A DNA stretch of 64,000 nt, the filler included, from Pirum gemmata (Eukaryota), in assembly GCA_002812295.1 (NCBI GenBank). It is 14 parts of 14 records of this genome, joined end to end, with 100 filler letters (N's around TTAATTAATTAA, not from the genome) between each part and the next. Parts side by side here need not be neighbours in the genome. Positions count along the whole stretch, not along the records: positions 50,038 to 55,468 come from PDIN01001262.1; positions 55,569 to 59,940 come from PDIN01001263.1; positions 60,041 to 64,000 come from PDIN01001368.1; 11 more parts are not named here. One strand, written 5' to 3'. Under the pieces are notes generated by a model, which did not search any database, was not told the origin of the DNA, and worked only from the letters and a program-made list of their open reading frames with translations. Position 1 is the stretch's first letter; the number at the start of each line of letters is the position of its first letter. The position numbers and the translations under genes were made by a program. Of the stretch, positions 53,881-64,000 are shown piece by piece.

Positions 53881-54487
53881 AATACAACTATGATAATGAT
53901 ATCATACAACTATCATAATCATATATTTTTGATATAAAACCTACTCATGGTGCTATTACCAGTCTACCTAGCTAGCTAGCTAGCACTCATTGGCCTATTA
54001 TTGTATAGACTTATCGGGATGGAAAAAAGAAAAAAAACAAATGCAGCATACATGACAATTTTAATGACGTCATCTTAAGCCATTACTGACCTCCACCTTC
54101 TGGCCCTATCAGATGAAAATTATAAGCTTTTAAATAACAATATAGGCTAGTATAATGGCAATCTAGAAAAACTGATGTTTTAAGTGACGTCATAAAGGAA
54201 TGTAAGTATTTTTTATCATAGAAAAAACAAGATTGAAATAGTCTATTGAAGTACTATTGAAGTGAAGTATTAAATTTTTTTTTTTTTTAAAAAGGTGGGT
54301 TCGTTTTTTGGTCTAGAATTTATTAAGTAGTAGTTCGAAAATTTTATTTATATTTCAAAATGGTAACTTTTGGGAAANNNNNNNNNNNNNNNNNNNNNNN
54401 NNNNNNNNNNNNNNNNNNNNNNNNNNNNNNNNNNNNNNNNNNNNNNNNNNNNNNNNNNNNNNNNNNNNNNNNNNNNNNNNNNNNNNN

Positions 54488-54534
<47 letters not shown>

Positions 54535-54553
54535 TAATAATAATAATATATAG

Positions 54554-55350
54554 GTTGTAATCTAGGCCATGATTTAATTATAAAAGGAGCATCTTTCTCA
54601 AAACTAAACAGCAGAAATGATTGGAATTTCGCCAAAGTTATATTAAGTGAAGATAAGAAAATTTTTTATACTTGTGATGGACATGATAATGAAGCTGATT
54701 TTTGGAGAGAAGGTACCGGGGACGATGTCGACAACGGTAAAAACTTAGCCCTTACCGGCCAAGAAGTGTACATTGCTTATTACAGTGATTTCACTAGAGG
54801 ATTTTTTTTTGGAAACAACGCCCAATTTTTCGTAATCCCGGTAAAAGCTTTTCATAACCCTTACGAAATAAGTAACCCGGTTCTAGTTATACCGAAACTA
54901 ACAAAAGCTTTACAAGAAAAATATTATAATGATCATGATAATAATGATAAACACTATTATTCAAAAGAGTTAGTAAAAGAAAGTTCACCAGCTAATACTT
55001 TTAAATATGAAAATGAAAAAGGTAGTTTAGTTTTGTTTATTAGTAGTATTGATGATCATAGAGAGGTGAATTTTGATCATTACGAATACGAGGATGTGAA
55101 GCGTTGTAATAATAACCAAGAAGATCCTACAAAGATAAATAATCATCCTGATGATTTTGAGTTATTCATACAAATTAATGATTATAATATTGATGATGTT
55201 GGTTTTGTTAGTGACCCACAAATTAAAACGCAAATCAGTGATTTTCAAGCTACAAAATACATGACTGCTCCCTCGGTTGGTCCAGGGGGTACGCCTATGT
55301 GGCATGGGACGCTGAAAGAAAAAAAACAAGCGTTGTTTATCGGAGTATAA
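54554..55350 (+). CDS. Terminal exon of an unknown protein (about 265 codons)
   Basis: TAG acceptor at 54551-54553; frame open 70 codons upstream of the 54766 ORF (CNLGHDLIIKGASF...); complex coding-like sequence ending TAA. Confidence 0.65.
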
Positions 55351-55950
55351 ATAATATTGTGTTTTTCATTTATTTTGTCACTATGAATATTTATTTGGTT
55401 GTTTATAATATTTAAATTGATACTTTTAAATAAATAAACATATAATAAAATATACCAAATTAAATGAANNNNNNNNNNNNNNNNNNNNNNNNNNNNNNNN
55501 NNNNNNNNNNNNTTAATTAATTAANNNNNNNNNNNNNNNNNNNNNNNNNNNNNNNNNNNNNNNNNNNNAAAAATTAAAATGAATTATGATTATTATTTTT
55601 TCATTTCACTCAAAATGTACTTTTTAAAAAGTATTCTATTATATAGACTATGTATAAAATAATAATAATATCATAGACTAATAATAATAAAAAATAACAG
55701 CCCGGATAAAAGTTCATAAAACTGCTAGACTATAGAAGCTACTATAGACCTATATAATATTATAACTGTTTAGGCTTCTTTTCTAAAAACTTTAATGCTA
55801 TCATAACTAGCCAAATTATTTTTAAAAGCTAGTTATTGGTTCATAATAGAGTTTTATTAGCCAGACAATTTCTCAAATTTTGGTAGTACTTTCATTAAAA
55901 TTGGATCATTTTGAGATGTTTTTGGATGTCCTTTAATAATAGCAGACGTC

Positions 55951-56005
<55 letters not shown>

Positions 56006-56425
56006 NNNNNNNNNNNNNNNNNNNNNNNNNNNNNNNNNNNNNNNNNNNNNNNNNNNNNNNNNNNNNNNNNNNNNNNNNNNNAGTAATAGTAATAGTAATA
56101 GTAATAGTAATAGTAATAGTAATAGTAATAGTAATAGTAATAGTAATAGTAATAGTAATAGTAATAGTAATAGTAATAGTAATAGTAATATTAGTGGCAA
56201 TAGTAGTAATAGTAATAGTAATTAAATATGTAAAATCTCTTTTCATAGTATGCATATTAATAACTGTTTCTCTTTTCATCTATCGATAACGTGTCAGTGT
56301 CACCATGTAATAATACCTGTGTTTTTACATCTATTTCTTTTTTGGTTTTGTTTTTTTTGTTTTTTTCCAGGCCCCTACTATTTAATAGCTAGATTTCACT
56401 ATTTAAGTTTCCAGCTAGCTAGTTA

Positions 56426-57465
56426 GGGAGCGTTCAATAAGGACGTCGGTCCGACTACCCCTAAACCCTGGGTTACTTTTTGTCATTTTGAAAGAAGCAC
56501 TCTCTTTATAAATTACGAGGATTTACATTCATTTATTGGCTTTTTTTTTTGTGATCTCAATAAAATTTTAAAACCAAATTCTTTTTTTAAAAGTTGCTTG
56601 TGTTGGGGAGCAGCCCAGGAGCTAAATATTTGTTCCTTTTCTTTACTAATTTTAACCAATTGTTTAAAATTAATCCCGTTCATTCCATGATTGCATGAAT
56701 CATGATAATTCCACTATTGTGGACTATCATACTTTAATTTATGATACGTAATTTTAACTTCAGTAGAAAGATAATTTTTCTCAAAAACATCATTAAAATA
56801 AAAGAAATTTTCTTTGTCTATTGTCGCTTGGATATTCACTTTAACTAAGAGTTGAGGACCTCGAAGCCTTCTTTTGTTAATCCTGGGGTAGTAGTTATCC
56901 TTAGGATTAACAAAAGTAAGGTTTCTGGTTCGATTCTCTGAGGGAGATTTTCGTTGTATTGCGTGTAAATAGTCTGTGTATGACTAATTGTGTTTCGGTT
57001 AGTGTTGGGGGACCTACGTAGTTGATCAAGTTACTCTGCATGGGATTTTCATGGGATTTTCAGGGGGGGTTGTCTTAGTCTTGTGTAAGGGATGAGGAGT
57101 CATTGAGGACCTCGAAGCCTTCTTTTGTTTTAATCCTGGGGATAACCACTAGAGGCTTGATCAAACTAGCTAGCGTAGAGGTCTTGTAGTGGTTAGAAAA
57201 AAAAAAAAAAGTAGTCCAAAAAAATAATAAATGGCAAATTTTACCATGCCCTAAATGTATTTACTATGCCCTAAATATAATAAAAAGAGTTTAAGGCGTA
57301 TATAAGGCATGTCTTTTAAAAATGACGTAATGACGTCCTCTTCTGGAAATACTACCCACTTTCTAGTACCAACCTTACTGTAATTTTAAAGTCGGTCATA
57401 ATTTGTCACGAAATTCCAATATTACCTATGTACCCATTTGGAGGACGTCCTTTCTGAACGCTCCC
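56426..57465. mobile_element. About 1-kb non-autonomous element with family-B-like TIRs
   Basis: GGGAGCGTTCAATAAGGACGTC ... GACGTCCTTTCTGAACGCTCCC; no ORF inside. Confidence 0.75.
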
Positions 57466-60236
57466 CTAAAGTTCCAAAGTATGATGATACTTCCAAAGCG
57501 GGTATGAATAGACAGCTGATTCCAGAGATTCCCGCTAGATTCCCTGCTAGATTCACCCAGATTTCCCTACTAGCTAGTTAGATTCTCGCAGTGTTCCCAC
57601 GCTAGAGTATTACAAGTAGAATGTCAGTCCGGGTCTCGGGTCTTGGGATTGCCTAGCTAGTAAGCTAGCTAGTAGCTAGCTACGATTGGGGAGGAGCTAT
57701 CATAGTACACCATTTTTTTTTTATTTTTTTTTTATTAGAGGGGGTCTATGTATGTATTATAATTTATAATATTATAATATTATTTTTAAAAAATTATGAT
57801 AAAATTAAAAAAAAATTAAAGTCTCATGATTAAAATTTAAAAGTGAAAAGTGTATGATATCATATACCAAATCCCAAATCAGACCAATTTTAATCAGTGA
57901 TGGTGGGGTCCGAAAAGGTTCTTGTCCGATAGTAAGTTCCGATATCCGCCGACTTTTGAGTCATCTTTTGCATCCATGATCCGCCCCACCCGGTCTAAAG
58001 CCAAATGTTTCGGAACCCGAAAAAAAGCTTTTTTTGTTTTATCATAATAATTTTTTACTGTAATTTTATTTTATTGTTTTATCGAAAACTTTTCTTGCTT
58101 TTCTTTAATATTATTCAGTGCTCTTATTTCAACATGTATATTCAACTTTTCCATGCCAATTCAGCTCAAAAATCCAAGAAATCTCAAAATTACTACCAAA
58201 TTTTGAGCCAAATTTTGAGAAATCGTCTAACTAATTTATAAACTGTATTATGAACTATTAAATTAGTGATCAATTGCTATGATAGTATGATTTCTACAAT
58301 TTTATCTGGCTTGGATTATTTTTTTTTCTTTTTTTTTTCTAGATTTTTTTTAATTTTTTTTTTATACACAAAATTTTTTTGAAGTCCTAGGTTAGGGTAC
58401 TATAGTTGGTACCATATATATTACTACACATAGACCCCCCCTATATCAAATATGATAATAATTATATCGATATCATAAACTTATATGATATATATCGTGC
58501 TTTTCAGTTGTTTTGTCGTCATAAAATATACAATAAATAGTGCCAAATTAATACAATATAAATCCATTTCATTTAATTTGGTATATTAAATATTATAACC
58601 AACCAAATAAATATTCAGAGTGTCAAAATAAATGAAAAGCACAATACCGGTATCAGATAATGCTCTATCAAAGACCCCTAGAGCTAGCTAGTCAAAGACC
58701 CCAGCGTCTTTGGATACTCAGGGTTACTTTTTAATAGGGGAGCGTTCAAATGATACGTCACGTCAAAGGGTAGGTAGGTAGGGTAACTTCCTGGGTAAGT
58801 GTAGGGTAGGATTTTATCTGAAAGTAGAGATAAATATCATACCTTTCTTCTCGACATTTTTTGAGCTCCGTAGCGTTTATGGTTGGCGATTATGGTTGGC
58901 GAGAAATCGCCGCCGCGACAAATATATGGGTAACCGGGCCGTCGCCCAATGCTTCATTTTATGATGACAAAACAACTGAAAAGCACGATAGTCTATATAT
59001 ATTATATTATATTATATAAGTTTATGATATCGATCTAGCTAGCTAGCTAGAGTCCACTCGGTAAATCAAGCTATCCTATAGACTAGACCGGTCTAGAGCT
59101 AGTCTACAAGTACTAAGTGTATCGATAGCTATCAAATAGCTAGTCATAGTCTTACCTAGGGAATCATCCATAATAAAGGACGTATGATACCTAACTAATC
59201 TTACCTATGCCTCTTTGTCCAAAACACTTTTGGTCATAATTTTAATGTTCATTTTGATAATTAATTACTGCCTAAGACAGTTTAAGAGCAATGGAATCTA
59301 TCAAAAAATAAGTGACGTCCTTTATGAATGTTCCCCTGTCTTAGAGAGACCTAACGATATCTTCAAAGACCCAGGAAAACTGGGGTCTTTGAGTGGAGTG
59401 GTCTTTGAGACTTTGACACTCCTATATTATGCTATGATATATGATAGCAAGGTCTTATGATATGAATAGACTACAATCTACAGTGCGCTATCATACTACT
59501 GCTACTCTCTAGACTACTAGCCAGTAGAGACTATCAGATAGTCTAATTTATAATACATACTACAATACCATAATCACAATTAATAATATTTGAGCAGCTA
59601 TTTGAGCACTAATATTTTGTAAATATTGAAAAGATAAATATTGGAGCTAGACACTGCTAGACTACTCTAGCTAAAGTAGTAAACTGATTAAGTTATATCA
59701 TGATATGACTTACATCATAAATAATATGTTGGTGAACTCTAGTAGCTAATTTCTTAGTGAACATATGACTTACATCATAAATAATATGTTGGTGAACTCT
59801 AGTAGCTAATTTCTTAGTGAACTCTAAACTAAGCTAGTTATGATATTTATTTATAAAATATGATATAATCGATAATAGTATAATATATAGTATATCTATT
59901 CATATAATATATTATTTATATATATAAATAGCAAAAAAATNNNNNNNNNNNNNNNNNNNNNNNNNNNNNNNNNNNNNNNNNNNNTTAATTAATTAANNNN
60001 NNNNNNNNNNNNNNNNNNNNNNNNNNNNNNNNNNNNNNNNTTAAGCTTAGGGTTAGCGTTAGGGTTAAGCTTAGGGTTAGCGTTAGGGTTAAGCTTAGGG
60101 TTAGCGTTAAGGTTAGGCTTAGGGTTAGTGTTAAGGTTAAGCTTAGGGTTAGCGTTAGGGTTAAGCGTAGGGTTAGCGTTAGGGTTAAGGTTGGGGTTAG
60201 CATTAGGGTTAAGCTTAGGGTTAGGGTTGGAGTTAC

Positions 60237-60952
60237 CAGGATTATTCAGAAATTCGGTAAAATCAGTGAACCGTTTTTTACAGCAAGACCATCTGTTTTA
60301 ACATTTATAGTTCCATATATGAGAAAAATAAAAACAACGCAAACAAACAAATAAATAATAAATAGAAGAATAAATAAAAAGGAAATATGCTTTTTTAACG
60401 GGAAAAATGTTATTACTATTGTTATTGTTATTGTTACCATTGTTACTATTATTATTATTACTGTTATTGTATAAGTAAAGGAATAAGTAAAAAAAATAAA
60501 TAAACTTTTTTAACAAAAAAATTGTTACTGTTATTGTTATCGTTATCCTTATTGTTATTTTTATTATTATTATTATTGCTATTACTATTGCTATTGCTAT
60601 TGCTATTGTTATTGTTATTGTTATTGTTATTGTTATTGTTATTGTTATTGTTATTGTTATTGTTATTGTTATTGTTATTGTTATTGTTATTGTTATTGTT
60701 ATTGTTATTGTTATTATTACTGTTATTGTTATTGTTATTATTTGTGCTATTGATATTGTTATTGACATTGATAATGATATTGATATTGTTATTGTTAAAA
60801 AAGAAATAAAGTAAATAAAAAAACATTTACCCCTTCAAACCTTCGTGGAAAATAGGTCCCCCAGGATGATAGCGACAAGATTCATCTTTGTTCTCTTCTT
60901 CTCTAAATTCCCCTGTAGTACAGGATTTGTTGTAACATCTAAGAAGAGCCAT
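60237..60952 (-). CDS. CHORDC1: CHORD-domain protein (CHORDC1/Chp-1/RAR1-like), exons 60952-60831 and 60292-60237; not in ORF track
   Basis: Spliced peptide [11 protein letters not shown]...[35 protein letters not shown] is the CHORD consensus; phase-2 intron GTAAAT...AACAG. Confidence 0.9.
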
Positions 60953-61229
60953 CTTTCAAAATGAAATAAAAATAAAAGGCAACAGAAAATTATAATTATA
61001 ATTATATATAATTTTATTATTATGATATTTTTACACTATGTGATTGAACAGTGATTGAACTGAAATAACTGAAACTTCTTTTTCTATTCACTTGTGAAAT
61101 AATCACATTTTTTTTATAATAAATAAATATCATAGACTAGCTAGACTATAGCTGGAGTCGAGACTGGTCGGTCGGTAAAAGAAAAATAATTTATTATATT
61201 ATTATTATAAAATAATGGGGGGTCTACAC

Positions 61230-61463
61230 AGTAGGGGTGAGATGACGTCATTTTATTATTACCGAACAGCTGCCAGAACTTTTCCGATTTTATGGTTTGT
61301 ATTACTATTAATGTTATTATTATTACTTTAATTGGTATANNNNNNNNNNNNNNNNNNNNATTTTAATCTATTTAACTACTATTATTAGTAAGAAACACGG
61401 AACTAAGGTTGGCTCGATAAGCATCAGTTCGAAAAAAGTTCCAGTAGATATCTCACCCCTACT
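61230..61463. mobile_element. MITE family C copy
   Basis: Same TIR, TSD GTCTACAC on both sides; internal sequence matches 46101-46434. Confidence 0.85.
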
Positions 61464-62322
61464 GTCTACACAGTAAAGAATATAATATTCGAACATTTCA
61501 AATTTATTCAATACCTATTACTTTACTTACATTCGAATACTGAAAATCTTACTGGAGCCCAAAAGTTGGACGTTTTTTAACAATATGACATAACTATGAC
61601 ATAATAATAATAAAAAAATAATTTTATTTTTTAACAAGGACTTCAAAAAAAGAACCTTGTTTTTAATTAAAAAATACTGTTTTCACACTTGCAGACTTTT
61701 TCAGGAGACGTCAAAAAAAAGCCATCGAACGAGCATATCGAGCTGAATGTATGATTTACATAATATTATAATAAATTAATTTTTTTAATTTTATTATTTA
61801 TTTATCATTATTTTTTTTTTTTTTTTTTATTTTTTTTTTTTTTCACATCGTTCTCAGTTAAGTACCTCCAAGTTATTATTATGGTTTTACCTTATATATG
61901 TACTTATATAGTTATATAGTGTTATAATGAAATTATTGGTTAATACATGATATACTTATATAGATATGAAGTACTAGTAGTACTAGTGACATTGGTTTTT
62001 ACAGTCTTTAATATTTAGAAGTGGTAAGACAAATAATAATAGTTGTTTTACTTAAAAAATTAATATATTAATATTAATTAATATTATTGTTTGCTAATAT
62101 AAATAGGAAGGAATAATTATTAATATTTTGTTAAAAAATAATAAAAGTACACAAAAACAAATAAAATAACAATATTAATTGAATAAATAATGATATATAA
62201 TAAATAATACTTAAAAACTTTTACTAATACTCCTAAACTACTAAAAACCGAATCGCTATCAGCGCCACGCCCTACAACCACTTAATTTTATCTAGGGTTA
62301 GGGTTAGGGTTAGGGTTAGCCC

Positions 62323-62363
<41 letters not shown>

Positions 62364-62833
62364 TTTTAATAATAATAATAATAGACGGGTCTGTAACGTT
62401 TCATTATTCTTTAAGAAAGACAACTAGCTACTCTACTAGCTAGTTAGCTAGAGCTACGTATACAGTATACTTTTATTATACAACAAAAGAACAACACAAT
62501 TGCTAATCATAGACTATATATTAATATTAATATTATATATATGGCACTATATATTTTGAAAAGTACAACAAGTCAAAACTAAACGACAATCAAATGATTA
62601 ATCTATACCAAAGTATTATATGAAGCAAATCAACAAATTAGAAATATTATCAATCATACAACTGTAACTTTTATATATAACCTACTGTTCCTCCTTTTTT
62701 TTTTAATTATGATAATAATATAATATGATAAACAAAACAAAAAAGGAAAACAAGATATTTTTAGTAAATAAAATTTCTTTTTTTTTATTAATAATAAAAT
62801 TTAATCATAAAAAAAGCAACAACAACAACGTCG

Positions 62834-63340
62834 TTAGTTCACTATTGCCTTCATACGTGAGTTCAGCTTCCTCATCCTCTTTTTAAAGCGTTTATTTCGT
62901 TTCGCACGTTCCCCAACCAATTCATCATTATGCATATTTCGTACAATTCTTTCAGCAGATCGGTAATTGAATTAACAACCGCAACGAATACAGATCATAT
63001 CATCACATGCTTCTAACTTGTCGACAAATATAGTACACATATATAGGGCACCTGCGCGCATTGTTACTAATTTCATTAAAAATATGTTTCTTATCAATAC
63101 AACAGAGATGTTTTCAATTTTGTCCTCTTGTGCAACGTTAACCAACACACAATTTCCACAACGATAACACAATGCTTACAATACTTTTCATTACATTGAG
63201 CACCAGTACAAGGAAAAATACCATCACCATAATTTTGTTCATTAATACCAAAGGGGCCTTAATTAAAATGGAGTACAATCAAATAAAACACGGTGAAAAA
63301 CAAATCCAACCTGCGCTGTTGTAGGACAAGGTAACTTTTG
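62834..63340 (-). pseudogene. Disrupted IBR-RING2 (RBR E3 ligase-like) coding sequence
   Basis: Across frames: FPCTGAQCNEKYCKHC (IBR-like), then NARRCP[frameshift]CTIFVDKLEACDDMICIRCGC*FNY (RING2-like), continuing in frame past the TAA at 62974-62972 to a basic tail. Confidence 0.55.
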
Positions 63341-63657
63341 AGGAGCACTACTAACATAATAGCAGCCATATATAACAAAGTGATTGTACGATAACTCTAA
63401 CCCAACGCACTAATCCTAACGCTAATCCCATATATACTATAAATTAAAACTTAACCCTAAACAATATAATATCTAACACAGGTATATCATTTAAACTGAC
63501 TTTATTGTGTAATGATTTGGATAATAAATTTCTCCCCATAGAATAATCAGTATAAAAAATGAAGAATTCCAAAATTTTATATTTTAAATTAATAAAACTG
63601 TTATAAAAATTAAATATATTATATAGACGAAGATTTCTTTTATTATTAACGTTAACA

Positions 63658-63875
63658 TTAATTATGTTTTTTTCCTTTAACTGGTTTTTTGTATTTATAA
63701 ATCTTGAAACCTGGCTTGGTTAATTTTAATATGTCAGCATGAGTGTAAGCCCCGTTTTTTCCAGAACCTGGAAATATATCAACGAAATTTTCACCGAACA
63801 CCTCTTTTGGGTAAAATGGAAATTTGTAACTTATTGTAGAATTTACAATCCAACAACCAGAATTCGCAGGAAATC
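63658..63875 (-). CDS. Putative terminal exon of unknown gene
   Basis: AAG acceptor, 72 open codons (FPANSGCWIV...PGSGKNGAYTHADILKL...KKHN*), higher GC than flanks. Confidence 0.5.
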
Positions 63876-64000
63876 CTTCAAAAATTCAAAAAAATAATAT
63901 ATATTATTAATAATAATATTAATATTTTTGCATTTATTTTTTATAAAATAAGAAAGGGTTAGGGTTAGGGTTAGGGCTAACCCTAACCCTAACCCTAACC

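Noticed and set aside
52728..54195. Apparent 1.5-kb element with long TIRs
   Set aside because: The right arm (about 54062-54195) has its own TGACGTCA ends, so these are more likely two opposite copies of a small repeat.
5029..60040. Regularly spaced TTAATTAATTAA motif and apparent gene clustering
   Set aside because: Artificial 100-nt spacers joining similar-sized contigs; cross-spacer neighbourhoods have no biological meaning.
62972..62974. In-frame TAA suggesting stop-codon reassignment
   Set aside because: Intact genes here end in TAA and long ORFs lack internal TAA; an adjacent frameshift indicates a pseudogene.

Overview
AT-rich, intron-containing eukaryotic DNA with TTAGGG-type repeats. 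The gene set suggests a walled unicellular opisthokont (ichthyosporean-like or fungus-like; this is inference, not identification). The window is not one locus: 13 identical 100-nt spacers (44 N + TTAATTAATTAA + 44 N) join about 14 contigs of roughly 4.2-5.4 kb, so adjacency across spacers means nothing. Complete or near-complete genes: a two-exon chitin synthase carrying an unusual C-terminal LHFPL/claudin-like tetraspan domain, an intronless mucin-like membrane protein with an integrin-beta-like cytoplasmic tail, and a Pho80/PCL-type cyclin. Gene fragments: PUS1/TruA, a ZNFX1/Hrr1-like SF1 helicase, a LanC-like protein, a CHORD protein (CHORDC1-like), a probable CoA-dependent acyltransferase, two unknown terminal exons and an RBR-type E3 ligase pseudogene. 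Intergenic DNA is dense with at least five non-autonomous DNA-transposon (MITE) families, CTAG-rich palindromic patches, microsatellites and telomere-like hexamer arrays. All identifications are by eye from motifs; no database search was run.
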